A stretch of 64,000 nucleotides of DNA from an uncultured Spirochaetaceae bacterium (GTDB lineage Bacteria > Spirochaetota > Spirochaetia > DSM-27196 > PWMO01): the NCBI GenBank assembly GCA_964623865.1, contig CAZUVX010000001.1:171593-235592 (forward strand), written 5' to 3'. Every line of letters starts with the position of its first letter. Position 1 is the first letter of the stretch. Under the pieces are notes generated by a model, which searched no databases, had not been told where the DNA came from, and saw only the letters and a program-made list of their open reading frames with translations. Positions 25,908 through 36,072 of the stretch are shown here, piece after piece. Made by a program: the position numbers and the translations under genes.

Positions 25908-26207
25908 ATGCCGGTATGTCACGCGTGCGGTACGCCGATTGACGAGCCCCGGGCGGTGTCGCGTTACTCGACCTGCGAGAGCTGCGGCCGGGATCTCAAA
26001 GTGTGCCTGAACTGCAAGTTCTACTCCCCCTCGGCGCATTGGCAGTGTCGGGAGAGCATTCCCGAAGAGGTGAAGGACAAGGACCGCGCCAACTTCTGCG
26101 AGTACTTCATGTTGCCCGCGGACGACTCCGCGTACAAGGGCCCCGACACGATCTCCCGGGCCGACAAAGCAAAAGAGGCGTTCAAGGACCTCTTCGGAGA
26201 CTCATAG
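25908..26207 (+). CDS. Small Cys-rich (zinc-ribbon-like) protein, 99 aa
   Basis: CHAC, CESC and CLNC pairs plus two further Cys residues, then a charged C-terminal tail. The ATG at 25908 was chosen because the track's upstream extension overlaps the pentapeptide gene antisense. Confidence 0.6.
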   Translation: MPVCHACGTPIDEPRAVSRYSTCESCGRDLKVCLNCKFYSPSAHWQCRESIPEEVKDKDRANFCEYFMLPADDSAYKGPDTISRADKAKEAFKDLFGDS

Positions 26208-26212
26208 CCGCC

Positions 26213-27244
26213 ATGGCAATGCCCGTAGCCGTCATCGACTCAGGTATCGGAGGGCTTCCCTATCTCACGGCGGCGCGGAACGCCCTACCGGAACGGCCCT
26301 TCATCTACGTGGCCGACACGGCGCATTTCCCGTACGGCGAGAAGAGCCCGGCGGACATCCGTCGCGCCGTGGTCGAGGCGGTGGAGCGACTCACCCGGCA
26401 CAGTCGGCCGGCGGCGGTGGTGGTGGCATGCAACACTGCGTCAGTGGTCGCCCTGGATGAATTGCGGCGAACCTTCGCGTTCCCCTTCGTCGGAGTGGTT
26501 CCGGCGGTCAAACCCGCCGCGGCAACCTCGGAGGCGAAGCGCATTGGAGTGCTTGCGACGCCCCGAACCGCACAGGGCCTCTACCTCCAGGCGCTCATCG
26601 AGCGCTTCGCCGGGAAGGCCGAAGTGGTTGTCGAGGCGGCGCCGGACCTGGTGTCGTTCATCGAAAACCGACTCCTTGACGGCGACGGGGACGAGCGCCG
26701 GGAGGCGCTGCGCCGCTCCGTTGGACGCCTGATCGACGCAGGGGTCGACCGCGTCGTTCTGGGATGTACACACTTCGTCCACGTACGACGGGAGATCGAG
26801 GAGCTCCTCGGACCCGCCGTTCGCGTGGTCGACTCGGTCGACGGCGTTACCCGGCAGCTTCTCCGTGTGCTCGGCGGGAGCGCCCCCTCCGGAGCCGGTG
26901 CGGCTCGCTTCCGGGAGAGGAGGCCGGAGGACGTGCTCTGCGTGACCAGTGCCGTGCGAGCACCTGCGCAGTACGGCGAATGGGCGCGCCGAAGCGGCCT
27001 CCGCTACGTGGGGGAAATACCGCCCGGCGCCGGGCTCGGCAGCGACGGAACGACCGGGGGCGGGAGCAACCGCGCCGCCGACGGCAACCGCGCGCCCGAC
27101 GATAACCGCGCCCCCGACGATAACCGCGCCCCCGCCGGTAACCGCGCCCCCGCCGGTAACCGCGCCCCCGGCGTTGAGCCCGACGGTGACCCCGACGGCG
27201 GTGGCGCTGCCCGCAGGGAGGCGGCGGATCCCGAAGCAGTATGA
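26213..27244 (+). CDS. murI: Glutamate racemase with a repetitive C-terminal tail
   Basis: VIDSGIGGLPY, VVACNTASV and LGCTHFV (the two catalytic Cys motifs). Start set at the ATG at 26213. Confidence 0.92.
   Translation: MAMPVAVIDSGIGGLPYLTAARNALPERPFIYVADTAHFPYGEKSPADIRRAVVEAVERLTRHSRPAAVVVACNTASVVALDELRRTFAFPFVGVVPAVKPAAATSEAKRIGVLATPRTAQGLYLQALIERFAGKAEVVVEAAPDLVSFIENRLLDGDGDERREALRRSVGRLIDAGVDRVVLGCTHFVHVRREIEELLGPAVRVVDSVDGVTRQLLRVLGGSAPSGAGAARFRERRPEDVLCVTSAVRAPAQYGEWARRSGLRYVGEIPPGAGLGSDGTTGGGSNRAADGNRAPDDNRAPDDNRAPAGNRAPAGNRAPGVEPDGDPDGGGAARREAADPEAV
27068..27175 (+). repeat. Six tandem 18-bp units encoding NRAP(D/A)(D/G) hexapeptides inside the murI 3' end
   Basis: AACCGCGC[CG]CCCG(AC|CC)G(AT|GT) repeated 6 times in frame. 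Units 2/3 differ at one position and units 4/5 are identical. Confidence 0.9.
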
Positions 27245-29760
27245 ATACCCACGCCCTGGAGCGCCTCGAATTCGAACGCCTCCGCGAGCAGGTTCTCCAC
27301 TGGTGCCGGAGCGAGACCGGCCGGGAGCGTCTGCGCCGTGCGGCTCCGTCCGCAGACGCGGAGCTGGTGCACGCCCTGCAGGAGGACGTTGCCGCCCTGC
27401 GGGATGCCATGCGCGAGGAGGACCTGCCGGGGGAGGTATCCTTCCCGGCGGTCACGGAGCTCCTGCAGCGAGTCGCCAAGGAGGGCGCCGTCCTCGAGGC
27501 GGCCGAGCTGAACGACCTTGCCGGCTTTGCCCGCTCCGCCGGCAGGCTGCGACGCTTTCTCGAAAAGCGCCTCCCTCGGGCGGCGGACCGACGCGGCCTT
27601 CGCGAGCGCGTGGAAGAGCTTCCGGATCTCTCCGCCTTTCACAAGCAGATCGGACGGTACATCGACGTGCGCGGCGAGCTACTCGAGCGCCACATACCGG
27701 AGCTCCGGCGCCTGAGCAGCGCCATTCGTGCCGCCCAGTCCAAGGTTGAGCGCGTCGCCGGTGAGTTCATGAAGGAGCGCAGCGGGGACTACTGGAACGT
27801 GGACCACCCCGTCCTGCGGGAAGGGCGGATCGTGCTGCCGTTGAAGGCGCGGTATCAGAGCCGGGTCGACGGCGTGGTTCACGAGCACTCCCAGACGGGG
27901 CAGACCGTCTTCATTGAGCCGAGCGTCCTGGTCAAGGCGAACAACGAGCTCCGCGGTGCCGAGGACCGTTACCGGCAGGAGGTCTTTCGCATTCTGAAAG
28001 AGCTGAGCGCTGCGGCCCGGGAGCATCGTCCGGGGCTGGAGCGTGCGGATGAAATCGTCGCGGAGGTGGACGCCCTCTACGCCCGGGCGCGCTTCAGCGT
28101 CACCATCGACGGAGTACGGCCGGAGGCGTCCGAGGTGGAGGTGCGGCTTCCACAGGTGCGGCATCCCCTCATCGGGACGGACGTCGTACCCATCGACCTG
28201 AATATGGAAGGCGAGACGCGCCACCTCATTGTCACGGGACCCAATACCGGCGGCAAGACCGTCGCCCTCAAGACCGTGGGCCTGGCGGCGCTCATGCACC
28301 AGTTCGGGCTGCAGGTCCCGGCGCTTCCCGGGGCGGCGCTGCCGGTCTTCGACGATGTCTTTGCCGACATAGGGGATGAGCAGTCCCTCGAGCAATCGCT
28401 CTCGACCTTCTCGGGACACATGAGGCAGATCGCCGTCATCCTCTCGGAGGCGACGGAGCGGAGTCTGGTCCTCCTGGACGAGCTCGGCGCCGGTACCGAC
28501 CCCGCCGAAGGGGGCGCCCTGGCCATGGCGATCCTGGATGAGCTCCGGGAGCGCGGCTGTCACGCCATTGTCACGACCCACCACGGCGCCCTGAAGAGCT
28601 ACGGCTACACCCACGAAAACGTGCAGAACGCCTCGGTGGAGTTCAACGTCGAGACCCTCTCACCGACGTATCGCCTCCTCACGGGCGTGCCCGGCTCCAG
28701 CCACGGGATCACCATTGCCCGGCGCAACGGTCTGCCCCAGGCGGTGGTGGATCGCGCCTCGGCGTACGCCGAAGAGGGCCGCGGGGATGCCGCTCAAATC
28801 ATTCAACGTCTCGGAGAGGAGGAGGAGCGTCTCTATCGCGAAGCCGAGGAGGTGCGTCGCCGCCGCCGTCGGATCGAAGAGCAGGAGGACGACCTTGCCC
28901 GGCAGTCCGAGAAGCTCGCCGACAAGGAGCGGCAACTCCGTCGTCAGGAGCTCGGCGCCTTCCAGTCCTTCGCCGCGGAAGCGCGAAGTCGGCTGGAGAA
29001 TCTGGTCCGGGAGCTCCGGGAAGGGGAGATCACCCGGGAGAAGACCGGGAAGGTGAGGCGCTTTGCCGAGGAGTTGGAGGAGGCCGCCCGGGAGGAGGAG
29101 AGGCGCATTGCGGAGATAGGGAGCCATGCCGACGGCCGGCGCCCGGGAGCCGTCGAAGAATCACAACGTGCCGACCGGATCGGCGAAGCCGATACGACGA
29201 CGGAGGGGGGCGGATTCGAGCCGGGCATGGAGGTTCTTCTCAAGTCGACGCGACGGCGCGGCGTGCTGCAGCGCCGGGCCCGGAAGAACTCCTGGGTCGT
29301 GGTAACCGACAGCGTCAGGGTAACCGTCTCCGAGGATGACCTGGAGCCGGCGCGCACCGCCGCCGGCGGTGCCGCAGGTGTCGGAACCCGAGGGGGGCGG
29401 CCCGACGCGGCGCGGACCGGCGGCCCCGCCGCCGGCGGACGGGGAGCCTCCGGAGGCGCCCGCCCCGAGATTCCGACGGTGCAGTTCGAGTCCGCCGGGG
29501 AGCAAAGCCGCCCGAGTCTCGAGCTCGACGTCCGCGGCAGAACCCTCGCCGAAGCGATCGATCAGGTGGACAGTCAAATCGACCGCGCCCTCATGACCGG
29601 CCTCTACCGTTTCGGTATAATCCACGGCAAGGGCACGGGCGTCCTGCAGCGGGGGATTCGAGAGCACCTCGACCGCTCACCGGTGGTGGACGGCTTCTCC
29701 TACGCTCCTCCCGAGGAGGGAGGGTACGGGAAGACTGTGGTCGAGCTTTCCAGGCAGTGA
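27241..29760 (+). CDS. mutS2: Endonuclease MutS2 (MutS domain V ATPase plus C-terminal Smr)
   Basis: GPNTGGKT, LLDELGAGTDP and a C-terminal Smr domain (LELDVRG...IIHGKGTGVLQ). The ATG overlaps the murI stop (ATGA). Confidence 0.93.
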   Translation: MNTHALERLEFERLREQVLHWCRSETGRERLRRAAPSADAELVHALQEDVAALRDAMREEDLPGEVSFPAVTELLQRVAKEGAVLEAAELNDLAGFARSAGRLRRFLEKRLPRAADRRGLRERVEELPDLSAFHKQIGRYIDVRGELLERHIPELRRLSSAIRAAQSKVERVAGEFMKERSGDYWNVDHPVLREGRIVLPLKARYQSRVDGVVHEHSQTGQTVFIEPSVLVKANNELRGAEDRYRQEVFRILKELSAAAREHRPGLERADEIVAEVDALYARARFSVTIDGVRPEASEVEVRLPQVRHPLIGTDVVPIDLNMEGETRHLIVTGPNTGGKTVALKTVGLAALMHQFGLQVPALPGAALPVFDDVFADIGDEQSLEQSLSTFSGHMRQIAVILSEATERSLVLLDELGAGTDPAEGGALAMAILDELRERGCHAIVTTHHGALKSYGYTHENVQNASVEFNVETLSPTYRLLTGVPGSSHGITIARRNGLPQAVVDRASAYAEEGRGDAAQIIQRLGEEEERLYREAEEVRRRRRRIEEQEDDLARQSEKLADKERQLRRQELGAFQSFAAEARSRLENLVRELREGEITREKTGKVRRFAEELEEAAREEERRIAEIGSHADGRRPGAVEESQRADRIGEADTTTEGGGFEPGMEVLLKSTRRRGVLQRRARKNSWVVVTDSVRVTVSEDDLEPARTAAGGAAGVGTRGGRPDAARTGGPAAGGRGASGGARPEIPTVQFESAGEQSRPSLELDVRGRTLAEAIDQVDSQIDRALMTGLYRFGIIHGKGTGVLQRGIREHLDRSPVVDGFSYAPPEEGGYGKTVVELSRQ

Positions 29761-29763
29761 GGA

Positions 29764-30489
29764 ATGGAAGACATGAGGCGACGAGAGAGTACGGAAGCGG
29801 ACGGTGCGCTGCGCAGCGCCGGCAGGGAGTGTGAGGCGAGGCCGCAGAGCTCCCGGCGGGTGGTATCCGTCCTGCGCAGACTCACCGCGGTGGTGCCGGG
29901 TTTCGCCGTGGTGCTGCTTCTGGCGGGCTGTCTGGATGCTACAGCCACCATCGAACTCCAGGAAGACGGCTCCGGACGTTTCGAGCTGGAGTACCGGTTG
30001 AGCACGGATGTCTACGAAATGGGCGTCTTCGACAGGGACAGTCCCTTCGTGGCGGTTCCCATACACCGGGACGACCTGCGCCGCGCCGCCGAGGGCGTGG
30101 ACGGCGTGGAGATGCGTGACTACACCCTCCGGCGGAGCGACGGCGAGGTACTCATTCGGACTTCCGTCTCCTTCGACAGCCTGGATGCGTTGAACGCCTA
30201 CTACAGTCCCGGGGAGGAGCGGATCCGCCTGGGCGAGAGCAACGGCCGGCAACGGCTCCTTGTAGATCTTCACCCCGGCGACGTTGGAGAGCTGGATGCG
30301 GAGACTCGGAGCTTCGCCGATGCCTACCTGTCGGAATACACCGTCGAGCTTCGTGTCCGGCCCCCTTCCAATGTCGGCGCCGCGGAGGCCATGGAGATTG
30401 TCGAGAACGGTCGGAGCGCGACGGCCGGGGTGACCCTTGCAGAGCTGTTCACCGGAAGGGCGCCGCAAACCGTTTCGGTTGAGTGGTAA
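29764..30489 (+). CDS. Putative lipoprotein
   Basis: Lipobox VVLLLAGC after a long basic N-region. The start is uncertain (ATG 29764 or an internal GTG near 29860). Confidence 0.6.
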   Translation: MEDMRRRESTEADGALRSAGRECEARPQSSRRVVSVLRRLTAVVPGFAVVLLLAGCLDATATIELQEDGSGRFELEYRLSTDVYEMGVFDRDSPFVAVPIHRDDLRRAAEGVDGVEMRDYTLRRSDGEVLIRTSVSFDSLDALNAYYSPGEERIRLGESNGRQRLLVDLHPGDVGELDAETRSFADAYLSEYTVELRVRPPSNVGAAEAMEIVENGRSATAGVTLAELFTGRAPQTVSVEW

Positions 30490-30533
30490 CGCCGCCGGCA
30501 CGGAGAGACGTCGAATAGTACGAGGCTGCGTTC

Positions 30534-30932
30534 ATGTCACATCCAGGGGTACGAGACTTCAACCGCCGCCTGAAGAAGGTCTTTGATCGGGTGGACGATT
30601 ACCTCGAGGAGAAGTATGGGGGGAAGTACCCGCTGCATCCGTCTCGCCCCCGCCGGGGGGTTACATCCAACAAGGCGCAGGACGGTCTCTTCAACATCGG
30701 CGCCTCCTTCACCGCCGGGTACGGATCCGACCTCGGCCGCGGCTATGTGGTTGACGTCGACATGGTGACCCTTGCCCACATTCCTTCGGATGTGCGCCGG
30801 CAAATCGAGGAGGACGCTATTGCAGCAGTGGAGGCGTACCTCCGGGAAGAGTTTCCCGACCGGGAGCTTCACGTCTCCAAGGATCGTCACACCTTCAAGA
30901 TTCACGGGGACCTGAGCCTGGGAACGACGTGA
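30534..30932 (+). CDS. Hypothetical 132-aa protein
   Basis: Protein-like composition. The overlapping antisense ORF is R/G/H-rich shadow sequence. No family recognised. Confidence 0.55.
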   Translation: MSHPGVRDFNRRLKKVFDRVDDYLEEKYGGKYPLHPSRPRRGVTSNKAQDGLFNIGASFTAGYGSDLGRGYVVDVDMVTLAHIPSDVRRQIEEDAIAAVEAYLREEFPDRELHVSKDRHTFKIHGDLSLGTT

Positions 30933-31055
30933 GGTCCCGCCGCAGTGCGGCCACCGGCCACGGCGTCGGCTGCGGCGTCCGTGGTCTGCTGCGCGGTCTG
31001 CTGCGTGGTGCAGGGCGGTCGAGCCGTCCCGTCCGTCCTTTGGCATCGGCTCCGG

Positions 31056-31084
31056 TTGATTTATCCGCCCTCCTTGAGTACACT
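31056..31084 (+). promoter_or_regulatory. Putative V-ATPase operon promoter
   Basis: TTGATT (31056-31061), 17-nt spacer, TACACT (31079-31084). Confidence 0.4.
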
Positions 31085-31148
31085 CGGGCAGTCGCTAAAA
31101 AACGTGCGATTTCCGACCGAATAGATTGGTTCGTGAAGGTGTGTTGCC

Positions 31149-31760
31149 ATGGATGCTCAACTGAAAGAGATTATCGAGACGATCAAGCAGGAGGGTGTTG
31201 CCTCCGCGGAGAAGCAGTCTTCCGAGATTGTGAGCCAGGCCGAAGAGCGGGCACAGGATATCGTGCGAGATGCCGAGGAGAAGGCCAAGAAGATCATTAA
31301 TGATGCCAGGAACGAGGCGACGCGCCTGGAACAGAACGGCAAGGAGGCCGTCAGGCAGTCCGGCCGGGACCTTATCCTGAACCTTCAGTCCCGCATTACC
31401 GCAATCTTCGATGCAGTGGTGAAGCGTGAGGTGGCGGCCACCTATTCCGACGACGTTCTAGCCCAGGCGATCATTGCGTTGATCGAGCGGTGGGGAGAGA
31501 CGCAGAGCGACGACCTCACCGTGCTTCTCCCGAAGGATCAGCTGGACGGTGTGAAAGCGGCACTGGACGACAAGCTCACGGAGCGGCTGCGTTCAGGGAT
31601 CACCGTTCGGCCACACGACGACCTGGATGCAGGCTTCTACATTGCGGAGCGCGAGGGTTCGGTTTACTACGACTTCTCCGCCGACGGTATTGCGGCGGTT
31701 CTCGCCGAGTATCTGAATCCCCAACTCAGCGAAATCATCCGTAACGCGGCGCACGAGTAG
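31149..31760 (+). CDS. atpE: V-type ATP synthase subunit E
   Basis: Long N-terminal charged helix (EGVASAEKQSSEIVSQAEERAQDIVRDAEEKAKKIINDAR) and first position in the V-ATPase operon. Confidence 0.85.
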   Translation: MDAQLKEIIETIKQEGVASAEKQSSEIVSQAEERAQDIVRDAEEKAKKIINDARNEATRLEQNGKEAVRQSGRDLILNLQSRITAIFDAVVKREVAATYSDDVLAQAIIALIERWGETQSDDLTVLLPKDQLDGVKAALDDKLTERLRSGITVRPHDDLDAGFYIAEREGSVYYDFSADGIAAVLAEYLNPQLSEIIRNAAHE

Positions 31761-31783
31761 TCCGCGCGGAGAGAGAAGTATCG

Positions 31784-32356
31784 GTGGCTCAATACTACTA
31801 TCTGGTGTCGACACTTCCCATGTTGTGGTTTGACTCGGAGAAGTACCTCTCCGAAGGCGACTTCCTGGAGGCGTGTGCCGCGCGAGTGTCCCAGCATGAC
31901 TACCGCAGACTCATCAACACGGAGCTCAGAATCGATCCGGTCGCCTATCAGCCGCTGACCCACGTACAGAGCTGGTGGTACCGCCGGGAGGTCGCGTTGC
32001 GCAACGCCGTGGCGCGCGTTCGTGCCGCCGCGTTGAATCGTGACCCCGAGGAGAGTATCCGCCTGACCCCGGACGGACGCGACCTTGGCGACGATCTCGA
32101 GGTTATCGCGACGGTACGGGAGGCGTACAGCCAGGAGTCTCCACTGCGCCGGGAAGAGCGACTCCTGCAGTACCGGTGGCAGCTCCTCGAGGAGGTGTCG
32201 GTTGATCACTTCTTCGATCTGGATACCCTTGTGGTTTACTTCCTGAAACTCAAGATCCTGTATCGACGCTCTTACTTTCAGAAGGACCTCGGGAACGAGA
32301 CCTTCGATCAGACCTACAAGTCCGTGCAGGACAACTACTACGGAGCATCCGCATAA
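31784..32356 (+). CDS. DUF2764-like V-ATPase-associated protein (occupies the subunit C position)
   Basis: Begins YYYLVSTLPML, typical of DUF2764. Lies between subunits E and A, as in Bacteroidota and spirochaete V-ATPase operons. Confidence 0.7.
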   Translation: MAQYYYLVSTLPMLWFDSEKYLSEGDFLEACAARVSQHDYRRLINTELRIDPVAYQPLTHVQSWWYRREVALRNAVARVRAAALNRDPEESIRLTPDGRDLGDDLEVIATVREAYSQESPLRREERLLQYRWQLLEEVSVDHFFDLDTLVVYFLKLKILYRRSYFQKDLGNETFDQTYKSVQDNYYGASA

Positions 32357-32375
32357 CTCGACTGGAGTACCATGA

Positions 32376-34157
32376 ATGGCAGATACCACAGGCAAAGTCA
32401 TAGGCGTAAATGGGAACATGGTAACCGTGGACGTCGAGGGCGATGTGGCCTTGAACGAGGTCGCCTACGTCGTCACCGGTGATCGCGAGCTGAAGTCCGA
32501 GGTGATTCGTATTCGCGGAAGTCAGGCTGAGCTTCAGGTGTACGAGATCACCCAAGGTATCGGCGTCGGCGATTCCGTGAAGTTCTCCAAGGAGCTGTTG
32601 GCGGTCGATCTGGGCCCCGGGCTCCTGGGACAGATCTACGACGGGCTGCAAAACCCGCTGCCCGAGCTGGCCGAGCAGAGCGGCTTCTTCCTCGAACGTG
32701 GCCTCTACCTCAACGCCCTCGATCAGGAGAAGAAGTGGAGTTTCACGCCGAAGGCGCAGCCCGGAGATTCCGTCCAGGCCGCCGACACCCTGGGGACGGT
32801 CCCTGAAGGGATCTTCGAGCATCGGATCATGGTTCCCTTCAACTTCCTCGCGACCTACAAGGTCAAGTGGGTCGCCGACAAGGGGGAGTACACGGTGAAT
32901 GACAAGATTGCCGAGGTCGAGGATCAGCGCGGCAACACCATCCCGGTGACCATGTCCTTCCAGTGGCCGGTGAAGCGCGCGGTCACGAGCTACCAGGAGC
33001 GTTTGCGGCCGTCGGAGCCCATGGTCACCAAGGTGCGTATCATCGACACCTTTCTCCCGGTTGCGCGAGGTGGTACCTACTGCATTCCCGGGCCCTTCGG
33101 TGCCGGGAAGACGGTCCTTCAGCAGATCACCAGCCGAAATGCGGACGTCGACGTGGTTATCATTACGGCGTGCGGGGAGCGTGCCGGAGAGGTCGTCGAG
33201 ACCCTGCGGGAGTTCCCGGAGCTGATCGACCCGCGAACGGGTCGGACCCTGATGGAACGAACCGTCATCGTCGTGAATACGAGCTCCATGCCGGTTGCGG
33301 CGCGGGAGGCCTCCGTGTACACCGGCGTGACCATTGCCGAGTACTATCGGCAGATGGGCCTCAACGTTCTCCTCCTAGCCGACTCGACGTCGCGGTGGGC
33401 TCAGGCCATGCGTGAGATGTCCGGACGTCTCGAGGAGATCCCCGGCGAGGAGGCCTTTCCCGCCTATCTCGAGTCGGTCATTGCCGCCTTCTACGAGCGC
33501 GCCGGGTACGTGCAGCTCCGGGACGGCTCGTACGGCTCGGTGACAATCGGAGGCACAGTCAGTCCCGCCGGCGGCAACTTCGAAGAGCCCGTGACCCAGT
33601 CGACCCTCAAGGTCGTCGGCGCCTTCCACGGTCTCTCCCGGGCACGTTCGGAAGCGAGAAAGTACCCGAGCATCGATCCCCTGGACAGCTGGACACGGTA
33701 CGACGGCGTGGTCGAGCGCAAAAAGGTTCAATTCGCCCGGGACATACTCTTCCAGGGCAACGAGGTGGGACAGATGATGAAGGTTGTCGGGGAGGAGGGA
33801 ACGAGCCTCGACGACTACGTCATCCATCTCAAGGCGGAGTTTCTCGACTCCGTGTACCTCCAACAGAACGCCTTCGATCCCGTCGACGCCGCCGTCGGGG
33901 TGGATCGACAGCGTCACGTCTTCGATGTCCTGCTCCACCTCCTTACGTCGGAGTTGGAGTTCAAGGACCAGAAGGACGCGCGTGACTATTTTGCCAATCT
34001 GAGACAGCGGTTCCTCGATTACAACGGTGCGGAGTGGCAGTCGGAAGAGTTCAGGGATCTGGAGCAGAAGATCACGGCTGCGGTGAACGAGAAGCGCACC
34101 GGGCCAATGCACTCTGCCGAGCACCTCTCTGAGGAAGCAACGTCGGAAGAAGGATGA
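32376..34157 (+). CDS. atpA: V-type ATP synthase catalytic subunit A
   Basis: Walker A GPFGAGKT, ITACGERAGEV, and ADSTSRWAQAMREMS. Confidence 0.96.
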   Translation: MADTTGKVIGVNGNMVTVDVEGDVALNEVAYVVTGDRELKSEVIRIRGSQAELQVYEITQGIGVGDSVKFSKELLAVDLGPGLLGQIYDGLQNPLPELAEQSGFFLERGLYLNALDQEKKWSFTPKAQPGDSVQAADTLGTVPEGIFEHRIMVPFNFLATYKVKWVADKGEYTVNDKIAEVEDQRGNTIPVTMSFQWPVKRAVTSYQERLRPSEPMVTKVRIIDTFLPVARGGTYCIPGPFGAGKTVLQQITSRNADVDVVIITACGERAGEVVETLREFPELIDPRTGRTLMERTVIVVNTSSMPVAAREASVYTGVTIAEYYRQMGLNVLLLADSTSRWAQAMREMSGRLEEIPGEEAFPAYLESVIAAFYERAGYVQLRDGSYGSVTIGGTVSPAGGNFEEPVTQSTLKVVGAFHGLSRARSEARKYPSIDPLDSWTRYDGVVERKKVQFARDILFQGNEVGQMMKVVGEEGTSLDDYVIHLKAEFLDSVYLQQNAFDPVDAAVGVDRQRHVFDVLLHLLTSELEFKDQKDARDYFANLRQRFLDYNGAEWQSEEFRDLEQKITAAVNEKRTGPMHSAEHLSEEATSEEG

Positions 34158-34160
34158 GCA

Positions 34161-35468
34161 ATGCGCAAGGTCTATAGCAAGATCGACTCCATTGAAGGAA
34201 ACGTAATCACCGTCACCGCCCGGGACGTCCGGTACGGTCACCTGGCACTCGTGAAGGCGCGCCACGGCGAGTCCCTCGCCGAGGTGATCCGCCTCAGGAA
34301 GGACCAGGTTTCCCTGCAGGTATTCACCGGTGGCCGGGGAATCTCGACGGGTGACGAGGTCGTCTTCCTGGGCCATCCGATGCAGGTGTCCTTTTCGGAC
34401 AACCTCATGGGACGGATCTTCGACGGCAAGGGCGAGCCGCGGGACAACGGACCGCGCCTGGAGGAGAATCTGATCGAGACGGGCACCCCCTCGGTCAATC
34501 CGGCCCGGCGGATCATTCCCCGGAACATGATCCGGACGAACATCCCCATGATCGACGTCTTCAACTCCCTCGTGGAGTCCCAGAAGCTCCCGATCTTCTC
34601 GGTGTCCGGTGAACCCTACAATCCGCTTCTGGCGCGGATCGCCATGCAGGCTGAGGTCGACCTGATCATCCTGGGAGGGATAGGCCTGAAGTACGACGAC
34701 TACCTCTACTTTCGGAACACCCTGGAGGAGGGGGGAGCGCTCTCCCGGGCGATCTTCTTCGTCCACACCGCGGCGGATCCCGTCGTCGAGAGCCTCCTGG
34801 TGCCGGATGTCTCGCTTGCCGTTGCGGAGCGCTTTGCCCTCGACGGGCGGCGCGTCCTGGTGCTCCTGACGGATATGACCAACTTCGCCGACAGCATGAA
34901 GGAGATCGCCATCACCCAGGAGCAGGTTCCGTCGAACCGCGGCTATCCCGGCGACCTCTACAGCCAGCTCGCAGCGCGGTACGAGAAGGCGGTCGACTTC
35001 GAGGGGGCCGGCTCGATCACGGTCCTGGCGGCAACCACCATGCCGGGTGACGACGTAACTCATCCGGTGCCGGACAACACGGGATACATTACCGAAGGGC
35101 AGTACTATCTGCGGAACGGTCGGATCGAGCCCTTCGGCTCGCTGTCCCGGCTCAAGCAGTTCGTCAACAGCGATACCCGGTCGGATCACCGAGCTCTCAT
35201 GGACGGCATGATCAACCTCTACGCCTCCTACAAGGAGTCCCTGGAGAAGCGATCAATGGGTTTCCGCATGTCGGATTGGGACGACAAGCTCCTGAAGTAC
35301 GGCGAGCTTTTCGAAGAGGGCATGATGAATCTCGAGGTGAATATTCCCCTCGAAGAGGCTCTCGACCGGGGATGGAGTATCCTTGCGGCGTGCTTCGAGC
35401 CGCAGGAAACGGGCCTGCGGACGGATCTCACGAACGAATACTGGCCGACCAAGGAGCAGGTGAGCTGA
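34161..35468 (+). CDS. atpB: V-type ATP synthase subunit B
   Basis: [18 protein letters not shown] and [29 protein letters not shown]. Confidence 0.95.
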   Translation: MRKVYSKIDSIEGNVITVTARDVRYGHLALVKARHGESLAEVIRLRKDQVSLQVFTGGRGISTGDEVVFLGHPMQVSFSDNLMGRIFDGKGEPRDNGPRLEENLIETGTPSVNPARRIIPRNMIRTNIPMIDVFNSLVESQKLPIFSVSGEPYNPLLARIAMQAEVDLIILGGIGLKYDDYLYFRNTLEEGGALSRAIFFVHTAADPVVESLLVPDVSLAVAERFALDGRRVLVLLTDMTNFADSMKEIAITQEQVPSNRGYPGDLYSQLAARYEKAVDFEGAGSITVLAATTMPGDDVTHPVPDNTGYITEGQYYLRNGRIEPFGSLSRLKQFVNSDTRSDHRALMDGMINLYASYKESLEKRSMGFRMSDWDDKLLKYGELFEEGMMNLEVNIPLEEALDRGWSILAACFEPQETGLRTDLTNEYWPTKEQVS

Positions 35469-35471
35469 GAC

Positions 35472-36068
35472 ATGGCTAAGATCAAGCTCACGAAGAACGA
35501 GCTCAAGCTTCAGAAGGATCGGCTCTCGCGATTCCAGCGCTACCTGCCGACCTTGCAGCTCAAGAAGCAGCAGTTGCAGATGGTGCTGCGCAAGGTCGAG
35601 CGAGAGGAGCGCGAGAAGGAGCGGGTGCGGCGAGAGTCTTATGAGACCATGCAGTCGTGGATTGCGGTTTTTGGGGAGCCCGTCGACCTGGAAGAGCTGG
35701 TCAAGATTCGTGAGTTGGTTACCTCGGGGGGCAACATCGCCGGGATCGATATACCGGTCTTCGAAAGCATAGCTTTCGAGGAGACTACCTGGGATCTCTA
35801 CCTGACGCCGTTGTGGATTGACGGCGGCATTGCCAAGATGAAGGAGATCATCAGTCTGGACGCGGAGATTCGGGTGCTCCGGGAGCAGCACGAACGCATT
35901 GCCGAGGAATTGCGAATCACCAGCCAGAGGGTCAACCTCTTCGAGAAAGTCATGATCCCGGAGACGCAGGAGAACATCCGCCGGATCCAGATCTACCTGG
36001 GGGATCAACAGACCGCGCAGGTCGTGCGCGGGAAGTTTGCCAAGCGCAAAGTGGAGAGGAGGGCATAG
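35472..36068 (+). CDS. atpD: V-type ATP synthase subunit D
   Basis: Begins KIKLTKNELKLQKDRLSRFQRYLPTLQLKKQQL, the typical subunit D N-terminus. Confidence 0.9.
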   Translation: MAKIKLTKNELKLQKDRLSRFQRYLPTLQLKKQQLQMVLRKVEREEREKERVRRESYETMQSWIAVFGEPVDLEELVKIRELVTSGGNIAGIDIPVFESIAFEETTWDLYLTPLWIDGGIAKMKEIISLDAEIRVLREQHERIAEELRITSQRVNLFEKVMIPETQENIRRIQIYLGDQQTAQVVRGKFAKRKVERRA

Positions 36069-36072
36069 CCAC

